DNA of 63,979 nucleotides, counting the filler, from Porpidia crustulata (Eukaryota): assembly GCA_964255105.1 (NCBI GenBank). It is 4 parts of 4 records of this genome, joined end to end, with 100 filler letters (N's around TTAATTAATTAA, not from the genome) between each part and the next. Parts side by side here need not be neighbours in the genome. Positions count along the whole stretch, not along the records: positions 32,154 to 48,071 come from CAXUWE010000278.1; positions 48,172 to 63,979 come from CAXUWE010000281.1; 2 more parts are not named here. One strand, written 5' to 3'. Positions 40,702 to 51,453 of the stretch are shown here, piece by piece; within the stretch, counting starts at the first letter, position 1, and the number at the start of each line of letters is the position of its first letter. Made by a program: the position numbers and the translations under genes. A model generated the notes under the pieces. It saw only the letters and a list, made by a program, of their open reading frames with translations, searched no databases and was not told the origin of the DNA.

Positions 40702-43009
40702 TCAGAAGACCTCTACAGCGTCTTCCCAGACGTCCATTTCCTTCTGCCAGTCCTCGGGAGTAGGACTCTTGTTCACAGTAAGGCCAAGAAAGGCCGCTAA
40801 TAGTCTGGACGAACAATCGTCACGACGACGCAGTATATCTAGCGCGGTATATCCCTCTTCGTCTGTCTGATCAACATCCACACCAAGAAGCTGTACCCGC
40901 TCAAAAGTCTTAATCATCTGTTCGTCGCCGAACGTCGCGAGCACATGTAACAACGTTCGGTTCTTCGGTAGCGGTGTATTCACAACAAATCCATGAGCGA
41001 TGAAAAGGTCCACAAGCCTATGGCGTCTAGCTTGAATGCTCAAGCAAAGCGGATCCAGCGTGGTGTTTCGCAGGCTTCTTACGTGTGCACCATGCTTCAG
41101 GAGACATTCGGCGACTTCCAAGTGACCTGCTATCGGCGTGAAGCCAAGCGGGGTTCTACCGTCACAGTCGACGGCGTTCGGGTCCGCACCCGCTTTTAGA
41201 AGAAGCTGAGCGTTTCGCTTGTCGGTGCCGTGTGCCGCGGCGTAGTGTAGCGCCGTCTGGTCCCAATTTGTCTTGCTACGTACCTCTGCACCTGCGTTGA
41301 GAAGAAGAGAGACGCACGTAGGGTCAGAGGTCCTGGCGGCGTAGCAGAGGGCGGTACTTCCGGAATGAGCGGCGGTCGAAGGCTCGGCTCCGGAAGACAA
41401 GAGCAAAGAAACGGATTCCGAGTCGCCTCTTTCGGCAGCCAGAGATAGCGGTGTCCTTCCGAGAGAGTCTTGTCCGTTGACTTCCGCCGTTGAAGCTTGT
41501 AGTTCTTTTCTCAAAGGCTTATCACACAGCCCTAAGATGATCTTGTGGAGGACAGAAAGGTTTCTTCGCTCCATGGTCTCAGACTGTGAGAACATCAAGC
41601 GAAGCTCGCGTTCGCCTTCAGGGGGCAGGGATCTTGAAAAGATTCGGCTCCAAGCTTTGTCCGCGCTCGAGGATCCACCCCCATTGCTACAGAGGAACGG
41701 ATCCGCGCCTGCTTGAAGAAGGAGTTTGCAGGCACTGAATCGTTGGAAGGCGACGGCAAAATGCAGTGCGGTCACGCCACTTACATAATGAACGTCGTTA
41801 GGAGACGCCCGTCCGCTTTTGAACAAATTTGCCAGTTCCTCTGTTTTGCCTAACTTTGCGAACGTGAAGAGTTCAGCATTGGCGGGGATCGTGCGCTGAA
41901 TTCTTAGGGTAGCCATGGGCCCGGATGCATGCATTGTACCCACGAAAGACACCATACGCGCCAGAAACCATTGAGGAAAGACATAATTTACATATGCCAA
42001 AGGCCGCGATCGTGAATGGCAGGACTGCTGATTGCACTCTTGAATAAAAACTGGGAGTCCAGAGTAGCCAACGAAGAGGGTGCCGATGAATTTATCAAGT
42101 ACTTGGGGTGTACGCATTCTTCTATCTTTGTGACAGACACATATACAACAGTGTCCACAGGACACATTGGAGAAATGTTTCGTACGGATGCAAAATCCAT
42201 TGGCTGTGCTGTTTCTCCCCTCCGCGCGATTGTCGTATAGCATAGGTAATGAAGAAGCAGTGTCTGTCTTCAGGTCTTCTCCGCCTAGCATATACTCCTT
42301 GTAATCAACACTAGCTGCCAAATTCGGACGCCGAGTCAAAGATGGGACGAGTATTGACTCATCGTCGTCGATAGCTTCTGCGAATTCCCGCTGAGAGGCG
42401 AATGAGGCGAGTTGCACGAGTATCTTCGATACATGATCACTTTGCGGAATCAATCCATTGCGCATTTCAGTCTGGAAAAGCTTCTGGTCTGCACTGATAG
42501 ATTCCGTCATAAAAAGCACATCGCGGAAATCGAGTAAAACACGTGATGTACCGCAGCTATTGATCGTAAGGCTCTCCTCGTTTAAAAGAGGTCATGACAG
42601 CTCTGACTTACGCCGAAATAGCGGTTAGAACGATGGAAAGCTGAGCTCGCAAGTTTCGAAACCTCTCTCGCCATGATTTGGCTTTCGAGCTGATTCTCAG
42701 CCAGCGCAATTGTCTAAGCTTTGCAAAGCTGATGTGCGCACCAACATTCCACTCCAGAATCTCTATATCAAGCTCCTCGAGCTGACCTTGGACAGAGCTT
42801 GCTAAGTCACTAAGTTTAGTTGAAGTGGCTGAGTTCTGTTGGTGAACGGAGTCAAGGATTTCTTGAAGGACAATAGAGATGTCGGAAATCTCATTTGCTA
42901 ATGCGAAGATCTCTGCCTGAGCGCCACATGTATCCTGTATAAAGTTCAGCGCAGTGCAAACCGTGCCCGCGATTGTTATACACGATGCAACCGCTGATAA
43001 CGGATCCAT
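40702..43009 (-). CDS. Fungal HeLo-like N-terminal domain + ankyrin-repeat protein
   Basis: Exon 1 starts MDPLSAVASCITIAG...IFALANEISDISIVLQEI, typical of the fungal STAND N-terminal/HeLo-like domain. One intron (about 42558-42612) joins in frame to a CxCxCH region and multiple ankyrin repeats (GRTPLSLAA, GSTALCYAA, DQTALHYAA, GRTPLGF). Confidence 0.8.
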
Positions 43010-43615
43010 GATTCCATGAATTGATTAAGTGGTAGCCGCTCGTCCGAATTGCTCTTATAAAAAGGAGCCGGCGGGATTCTCTAATTCGATTCAATAGCGA
43101 GCTATTGCCTACTTCGAGTCTACTGTTAGCTATTTTATGAATCAGAATATAAGTGTCCAATCAAGCCAAACATCCTCTATGACCACTCGTTAAACCAAGG
43201 CTGAGTTGTTAACTGAGGCCTGTCGCCAGCCTTCCGAGGACAAGGCTGCGTCTGCCTTGTTGAACGCCGTACATCAAGCATACGTTCAGGCAGATGCTGC
43301 AAGCTCTGAGGTGTTGGCCTTGACAGGGCAGTATCCAGTGGCATGCACTGGGCGGCCAATCGATCTACAATTCCACCGCACATATCTGTTTTCTGAATAT
43401 GTAGGGGCGGTTCGTTGATTGGCTCAAGTATCCTAGGCCTTAATGCACATTGAGGTGGAGTATGCAGGGCGAAAGATTTCGACGAATCCTATTGCCGGGT
43501 TCAAATAAACCAAGCAAAATCAAATTGCTGGACGATTCCTCTATTAATTACAATGAGTAAGGTATATTTGAAAGTTGAGTCGGAACGTGAAGTCTCACAT
43601 GCCTACTTTTACAGA

Positions 43616-45170
43616 ATGATGCGGGCACCCAAACGCTTCTTCGCTTCCTGTATAAAGAGTCAGCTTAGATGTAGGCAAGCACGGTCTCAAACGAGCCATT
43701 TAGACGAAGTCGACGTGGAAGTACAACGAGTGATTCTTCGGGTTAGCAACACCTCATCCCCAAATTGCAGGAAAAGCCTCTTGATAATCATACAAGCAAA
43801 CAGGAAGATTTGAGACAGAAACACATTCTGCAGTTAAATCCTGATGTAGGTTTTGCATCAAAGAGCGTCCGATCCGCCGTTGGTAGCGTCTTCCAAAGTC
43901 TGTACCTCCGTCCCATCATGATATTAGGGCTGAATGATGTATTAGACCCCAACATGGAAGGCTACCCCGGAGCTCAATATTATCCTGGGACCGAGCACCT
44001 TGATGAACTGGAGGTCTTGTGTCAAGACCGCGCGCTGAGTGCTTTCGGCCTAGACAGAAAGGAGTGGGGAGTCAACGTTCAATGCACGTCTTCGTAGGGT
44101 CATACACAACACAGCAGCTGATCGGCCGCCGACGTACAGCCTACTCCCTCCCCCTTGCGAATTTGGAAGCTTGCTCCTCAATCGTATCTCCCCACGGCCG
44201 CATCCTCAGCCTGGAGCCTCTGCGTGGCTGTTACCTTTTAAAATACTTTGAGCTCATTGCGTCTCATGACATTAGCACGCTTGACACCAGTTTTTATTCT
44301 TCACTCTCCCGCCTAGGCTCGGTCTACCAACCCTCCATTATATTTGCCAACGCTTCCCTCAGACATGAGTCGCTCGACTATTCGATCCTTCGAAAGATAA
44401 GCCGTCAAGAAGGTGCCTATTTAATAGCTGACATTTCAACGAACGCGGGGCTTTTCGCTGCCGGCCTCCTTCCTTCGCCGTTTCGTCATATTGATATTGC
44501 AACTATGAGCACTCAGGGATCTCTGTGTGGCCCTTGTGGTGCTCTCATATTTTATCGCCGTGAATTGCAGGTCCCCAGACTAAATTTAAAAAACACAGAG
44601 CAGCGCTGGCAGTTAGAACATGCCGTAAATGCCTCCGTCTTTCCAGGGCACCAGGGCGGGCCGCATGCACATACGATCGCGGGTATTGCAGTCGCGTTGA
44701 AGCAGGCGAGCAGCTCATGGTTCAAACAAATACAGGAGGCGGCAGTAGCCAATGCAGCCGTGCTACAGCATTCCTTGCAACAGAAGGGGCTCGGCGTCCA
44801 CGGAAATGAAGGGCAAAGTTCAAAGAGAGCGCTTGAATTAGATGCTGCCAGAAGCACCAAGGAAATGCTGCATTGTGTGGGTTCGGAAGTTGGTCCTGTT
44901 GTGAATGACAGTTATCTGCTTCTTGGTAGTATAGCGTTAACATTCAAAGGGTTTGAAAAAGAACACTTCCAAAGAATCGCAGATATTTTAGACCATGCTA
45001 TTCAGGTTACGAGGACCTGGGAGGCAGCGACTAAAGCGCCAAACGGCCAGCAAAGCGAAGGGAATATCGAGGAGCGGTGGCCTATTGAAAGTGAACCGGA
45101 TATTCTTTCCCTAAAGCTAGAGGTGAAGAGCTTGATGGAGGCTCGGTTGGTGTATGAAAAGCAGACTTGA
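43616..45170 (+). CDS. Highly diverged serine hydroxymethyltransferase paralogue lacking the PLP lysine (pseudoenzyme or young pseudogene)
   Basis: EGYPGAQYYPGTEHLDELEVLCQDRALSAF, WGVNVQ, AAGLLPSPF and VFPGHQGGPH are SHMT hallmarks, but TTHKSLRGPRG reads STQGSLCGPCG. Introns: 43742-43803, about 43898-43945, and a GC-AG intron at 44084-44139. Confidence 0.8.
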
Positions 45171-45438
45171 ATATCTCACTAGCACGATAGCTGTATGCGT
45201 GAACTTTCAGTAGTACGAAAGAACATATGTCTTGCTTCTCAACCATCCCCACGAACAAAATGGACATCGTTGGCCTGAGAAACAGTTGATGAACAAGCAC
45301 ATGAGTTGGAATGTCGCAACATGACATGACTTAAATAACTATCGTCATTATGAATTTCATCACAAACATTCTAAGCTGATTCGCTCTCATATCACGGTCA
45401 ATTATAATTGTACTCACAGCCTTCCGACAGATTCTTGC

Positions 45439-46566
45439 TTATTCACGAGCGACAGCATCGTGCTTGCCCATCGTAAGGCCTTCTTTCGCCCACTCAGGAC
45501 CATCATTCCAGGCTGGCAATACATAAGACAGCTTCTCTGGGGTCTGCTCTGGCCACTGTCTCTCGATCAGAGTCATTAATTCGGCAAATAAAACGCGGTA
45601 TCCATCAGGAGTGAAATGTAGTCCTTCCCGTCACGTTAGCAAGCTGTTAGAGTCTTGGGTTGCGCAAGTGATCAAACCGTCGATCAGTAAACGTTTCAAG
45701 GCAAGGTTTTCAGGCATATTCAATGCTCCCGGTAGAGGCTCGCCAGCTTTCCACCCAGCTTCAGCCATGAAGGCATCCCAAAGATTCAATACAGCAGCGC
45801 CGTGGGCCTTGCCGACTTCGAGGACAGCGTCAGCGTACAGTCTCGTAACGTCGTTGAATCTGTTGAGCTGCTTGTAGCCGAAGCTTTTGACTCGCTTTTC
45901 CAATAGAGTCTCTTCAACGGGGGGTGGAGTCACGAGAATGAGGCGTGGTTTCTGGGCTTGCACGGCCGGGTGTGTAAGAATTTCGTGAAGGTTCTGCTTG
46001 TAAGTATCAAGCGGTACATGCTGACCGTTCATTGCTTGTGCGATGCAGGCGTCGTTGGCACCGAAGAACACCATCTCCACCCCGATCAGTAATCTTACAG
46101 GTACGAGAACACATCGCTGCAGCAAGGGCGTATTACCATAAAGCGAATCTTGGCCTGGGCAGGCGTTGGCACGATTCTCGGAAGCACTTTCAAGGCCTGA
46201 GTAGTATTATAACCGCTAAGATGGTGATTAAGGGATATTCGGCGAAAGCCATGAAGCTCCATACCTGAGCCCTCGGTTTATCACATCAAGACGCCTAATG
46301 TACGCTATAGAGATGTCAATTCCATATGGCAATACTCTCGAAGATGAATGCGTTGCGTGAAGTTCTGAAGCAATACAAGGACTGACACGGGGGCATCGAA
46401 TACCTTGTTGAAGTGCTGGCGCAAAGCCATAGCCATGTTCCTGAGAGCTTGATTGTTCAGTCAAAGAATCGCCAAGGAGGAGAAACTGATCATTAATAGG
46501 CTGCGGGAGATAAATGTTTGGTTAATTGAACAGGACAACAGTGCGGCAATTGCTTACCGCTGCCAT
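45439..46566 (-). CDS. IAH1: SGNH/GDSL esterase, Iah1-like
   Basis: Spliced blocks FLLLGDSLTEQ, RRLDVINRGLS/GYNT, FFGANDA and DGLHFTPDGY. Confidence 0.87.
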
Positions 46567-47126
46567 GACGTTGTCCGCCGGCCAAACGTATCTCAATAGT
46601 TGGAGAGGATTCGTGTGACGCTTCAGACAGTGGAGGAACGGCAATGTACTCTGTGATATAAAAGGCAGTGCATGGGTCGATGCTGATTTTTATGAGAATG
46701 AAATAGTTTCGCCAATGGAAGCGCGAAATGAGGCCGCCAGAGAAATTAACGTACAATGCGCAGATACAGCCAGATTTGAATGGAAATTGGGTCAATGAGA
46801 ATTCTGCCTGTCTGAAAGTCTAGGTAGACGAGCAGTACTCGAGCCGGGTTCGCATTACCCTACCCATGTGCTTTCACGGAGTGCCTGGTCAGCCCAGTAA
46901 TAGGCCTCAGCAACGAGCGGCGAATATATCGCCTTGCATTCGGTTGCTGTGCTTTTGAGAACCAAGGTGTGGGTCGGCGATTGGGGGATACATGCACAAG
47001 GAACCTCCACAACGTCTGCACTCTGCAGGTAATGAATGGTGGAACATAACCAATCGCGAATCAAGGCGTTATGATCTAGATGGGTAGACTGCAGATAAAA
47101 GACGCGTTGGATTACAAGACTGATCG

Positions 47127-47304
47127 CCCTCCTTCGGTCAAATCCCTTTTCCGGTCACCATACCAAGGGTTAGGGCTACAGGATGGATTTCGAATTGGTG
47201 TGACCGAAGGAGGGGTCCATTCGAAGAAGGGGTGTACACGTAAGCGGATCATAGTATCTGGTGATCGAACGGTCAATAAATCAGATATTATTATCGTTTC
47301 GCTT
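47127..47304 (+). ncRNA. Candidate structured RNA (two adjacent hairpins), identity unknown
   Basis: Perfect 14-bp stem 47127-47140/47201-47214. The second hairpin (47242-47304) has stems containing four G-U pairs and no A-C mismatches on the + strand. Confidence 0.3.
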
Positions 47305-47569
47305 CGGAAAAATGTATTGCATCGTAAGTAAGTATAGAAAAATGAATTACAATTGAAGAAAAATAGAACACGAAGGCCGTACGTCCACTGACGAAGTAAA
47401 AGAGAACTCATCTGCCCCCAGACTACACCGCCGCCTTATGAGGCGAGCCGGGTAAGCCTTCGCTGATCTCCCGCGTCCAATCAAAGGATCATGCTTGTAC
47501 CTGTATATCCAAAACCGTGTCAACATCGGCCATGGACCGGTGGAAAAGCTCACCATTGTAGTTTTTACC

Positions 47570-48071
47570 ATGGATCTCCGACGTTTGAGCTTCCGCACCC
47601 TTTTCATACTCGGTAACATTTTTCTTGGCTTCCATGGACAAGCCGTGAACGCAGCAAAGGCAGACGAGAAGGCCAGCAGCTATGCGCCTGGCCAAGCTAT
47701 ACCAATCAGCTGTCTGAATCGAACAATGTATGCCTTCTTCACCCTAACATAATCCATCGCTAACTCAACATCCGGCTGCTCAAGAGAGACTGGCGAGCAC
47801 GTAAGAACCCACCTCCTGCCTTTCAAACCACAGTCCTCAAAACCTGACCTCCAAATTCGATAGATCACCGACTCCGCGGGTCAACTCCAATACATCCCTT
47901 TTTCTACGTGTAACGAGACTGGCCGTCCCTTGGAAATCTACTTTGGGATCGAAAAAGGTACTTCGCCGTTGGCACATCCTATTGACAACCTGCTGTGTAA
48001 GCTGACTCTACCTGCTTGGTGCCTTAGATATCAACTGCACCATTCCTGAAATTACCGATCCTCTCTACCAC
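47570..48071 (+). CDS. Conserved-looking fungal secretory-pathway protein, 3'-truncated by contig end
   Basis: Signal-peptide-like start, then exons IPISCLNRT / ETGEH / ITDSAGQLQYIPFSTCNETGRPLEIYFGIEK / DINCTI with canonical splice signals. Confidence 0.7.
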
Positions 48072-48171
48072 NNNNNNNNNNNNNNNNNNNNNNNNNNNNN
48101 NNNNNNNNNNNNNNNTTAATTAATTAANNNNNNNNNNNNNNNNNNNNNNNNNNNNNNNNNNNNNNNNNNNN
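48072..48171. other. Artificial contig-joining spacer
   Basis: 44 N + TTAATTAATTAA + 44 N. Confidence 0.98.
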
Positions 48172-48173
48172 AA

Positions 48174-48551
48174 CTACACGTCTACCACGATCGCTCCACC
48201 CCACACGGCTGCACCGCCTCCATCCAACTCCAGACCTACCAGCGCGCCAGCAACACGTCCCAGAAATCCTCGTCCCCGCCCATCTTCGCATCCAACCCGT
48301 CGAGCAGAGAAGCAGACCAATGTTTCGCGTCCAGCAGCTCAGCTTCCAGACAGAGGGAACCACGCGAGAATAGTGATTTCTTAAGAGTCATCGTCCTGGA
48401 GATGAACATGCGGAAACTCGGCAAGCTGAGCGATACCTCTCCCGGCAGAGCGAAGCTATGGTTACCAGCCCGGCAGGTTGGAAAAGCCGTGGAAGAGGAG
48501 CAGGACGGGCAGGCTGGGCCGCCGAAGCGGTGGGTACCGCTGGCGGTGTGA
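48174..48551 (+). CDS. 3' end of a hypothetical fungal protein (5'-truncated by contig start)
   Basis: Open frame of 126 codons from the contig edge, ending REPRENSDFLRVIVLEMNMRKLGKL...GRAKLWLPAR...RWVPLAV*. Confidence 0.6.
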   Translation, partial: LHVYHDRSTPHGCTASIQLQTYQRASNTSQKSSSPPIFASNPSSREADQCFASSSSASRQREPRENSDFLRVIVLEMNMRKLGKLSDTSPGRAKLWLPARQVGKAVEEEQDGQAGPPKRWVPLAV

Positions 48552-48666
48552 GGGATTGTGGTGGGATGCCGGCGGGGAAGAGGGTTTTATATTATACATA
48601 GAGCAACACTCCTACCTCAACGTCTACGGGCAACCGGACGGTATGAGTAATGATTAATGGATGAAG

Positions 48667-48928
48667 CGTTGTTTTGATTCGCCGTATCTTGCGAGTCAGC
48701 GACTCATGATTATGACGATGTAGCGCTTGCTTTACATATATATACCTTGATATCAATCTGCATTAAAAAAAATCCTAACTTCAACGATCTTTTAAACTAT
48801 GTGAAGGCGTCGCGATAATCACGACCATCGAATCGTTGAGTGATTTAATGAACGAATCGTTATTTTGATTCGCCGTATCTTACAAGTCAGCGATCCACGG
48901 TTATGACACTGAAGCGCTTGCTTCACAT
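48667..48928. repeat. Degenerate direct repeat (~70 bp, offset 191 bp)
   Basis: CGTTRTTTTGATTCGCCGTATCTTRCRAGTCAGCGA...TTATGAC...AGCGCTTGCTTYACAT at 48667 and 48858. A further GATAATCACGACYATCG pair lies near 48814 and 49046. Confidence 0.8.
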
Positions 48929-49620
48929 CCATCCATCCATATACATACAAATGTACCTTCTCATTTATCAAAACACATAAAGTAAAATTCTCAATCCCAA
49001 CCCCAATCCAAACATTCTCCAAACTGGATAGTAGAAAGCGCCGGGGATAATCACGACTATCGGATTGCCGAATACTTTTATGTTTACATCTATCTTTGAT
49101 ATTGATGAGTTGTATTCGTTAGGGAGTATAATCGTGATGGATATTTTAATGAGGGGATGTGGTGGTTCTTTGATCTCGAAAAGAAAGAAGGGGGGGGAAA
49201 AGCGAGAAGGATAAATATCTTATCGACAAGTCCTAATCACCAACCCGGAAAATATCTAACTCAACCCGAATTTTTTTTGCAACGGGTAACGATTTCGGTC
49301 TTTCGGAGGGTACCTAGAGAAGAAGAGGGGTTGAAAGTCTCCCTCTCGAATGGATACCGGTTGCGCGATGCGTGCATGCGGGTTGTGTGTGCTCATTGGT
49401 GATGGCACATCATTTATCTATACTCGATAGTTTGCGGGGGAAATATATAAACCCACCAAGTCCCGTTTCGAAAAAAAGATGAAGCTACTGATAAAGGCGA
49501 TTGGGAGAGCGACAGTTCTACATGTCCATCTATACCGTGCCTAATGTTGTATGAACGCTCCGACGCCGCTTGAAGAGAATCCATCACCGGCCCGATCCAC
49601 ATTCATCCTCACCTCAACCC

Positions 49621-50314
49621 CTATACGGCCTGATCCTTGGTCGCGCAAGGTCCGTCATACAAAACCTTGTACGGCGGAACGATTCCATCTGCTAGCGTTA
49701 TCTGCATGAAGATTGTTTCCTCGTCGCTAGGATACGTCGTGCGGTGGCCGACCTTGCTGTGGGCTGCCACGTCTGTGGCGATCATGAGGCCATACTTGGT
49801 GCCACCCTTGACGTAGACTTCGTGTTTCCCGCTGGGAAGGGTGATGTGCGCGAGACCGGTGAGGAAGATGCCGTATCTGTCGGTGAGTGACGATGACTGA
49901 TTAGGGTGGGGTTGTCTTGGATAATAGTAGGGTCACGGGAAAGAACGACGATCTTTAATGTGGGGAAGCGGAATTGGGGGTTTTTTTGTGCGAGTATACG
50001 TACTGAATTATCGGTGCATTGTGCGTAGGGGGGAAGTATTTGGGTGGCACCACGGTGCAGCTCATGTTTGTAATGTCCCCTAGTTGCAGCTGCAAGGCGC
50101 CAGCTACTCCTGCTTGACTGGTCGTCTGGAAAGGATTGTCAAGCTGCCAACACTCTAGGGTAGAAAGGCCGTCCTGATGACCAATGGAAGTAAGATTGAG
50201 AGTCGAGGGGCCTTGATAAGCAGCGAGAGCGGATAGTAAAGGGGAAGCTGCAGCTAGAGCTGGTGGTGGAGACAGCAGGAAAGCAATAACTATAGCGACA
50301 ACGAATAAGAACAT
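49621..50314 (-). CDS. Small secreted protein, cupin-like fold
   Basis: Hydrophobic signal peptide, STLECWQL, HNAPIIQ/YGIFLTGLAHITLP, IATDVA..GHRTTYP; one intron. Confidence 0.75.
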
Positions 50315-51453
50315 AATGACCGATTGAAATAACAAGTATTATTTCTTTTGTATTCATAGAGGCGAACGACCGTTGAGGTTATATGAGAAATGGAGTTGAG
50401 ATTGTCAAGGAAACGACGGCACATTTATACAACTTTGGTAACAATGACTCGGCTGGTGAAGAGGTGGTAAGCTCGGCCAATAAGGCTCCCGATTTGGGTA
50501 GTGTTCGTTAGTCCTAGATCAGCTTTGAGAAGAGGAACGAGTGGACGTAGGAGGTTACCATTCCCAGCGATTGCTGAATCTTATATATCTTACATGCCGT
50601 AGGAACTATCCTCTACGTGCCGTATAAACGGAGTCACTACTAGCTGCGAGTCCGTAGTCTCGACGAACTGTAGATATCAAGAGTATGGCCTCAATACTGT
50701 ATGAACGTTGATCTTGCTAACGACCCCAACGACTGATTGCGTGGCTGAAGGTCTCTCTCCCTGAGTTGGGGCGTCTTCTGCATACCGGTTTCTTATACTC
50801 CGGTCCTCGAGGATGTTGAGCTTTCCCGCACGATCCATGAGCTGTTTGTATTCTGTCTCGAACTGGCGTGAGATGACATCCATGCTAATCCATGAAATGC
50901 AAATGCTGTTCAGATCAAGGATGAATGTTACTCGTGCTTGCAATGAGGAAAATTGACATTGTTTGATAACATACACAATCGGTACGAAGAATGACGCACT
51001 TTTCATTAGTAAGGGCCACGTTTGAGACGGGAACTACCTAGGGCAAAGAATACACGTGATCATGATGGTATTGGTACGTAAAATACTTTAGCTCAAAGAT
51101 CAAGCAGAGTAGGCGATCCCTTCCTGTCGACATGGTCGATAGGAGCGGTTGGTCTTACAGCTTCCCTAAGACTGACTGATCTTGATTTACAATCATGCGT
51201 CCACCGTAAAGCGCTTGTGCCGGTACGCCGTGATATGAGTGCAACTTGTCAAGTGTCTTGTCTAGTCTACTACCACGAGTACAGGTCGAGTGTGGAGAAA
51301 TCATGCCAACGATTTTGGCCGGCATAAGATCTATAAGAACGGGCGTCGCTAGAAGTATTTGGCTGGACATTTCTCTCAGGTATCGTATCTTTTTGTATTA
51401 CTTACTGTCTCTCCTTGGGATTTTTGACTTTCTTGACGTTGTAGTAAGACGCA

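Noticed and set aside
47166..47175. AGGGTTAGGG (CCCTAACCCT on the minus strand) as a telomerase RNA template
   Set aside because: A minus-strand RNA of the 1.5-2 kb typical of filamentous fungi would run through the IAH1-like gene 600 nt away. The hairpin G-U pairs favour the + strand, and one such 10-mer in 64 kb can arise by chance.
50677..51006. 109-aa minus-strand ORF
   Set aside because: Partly protein-like but not assignable to a family; insufficient support.
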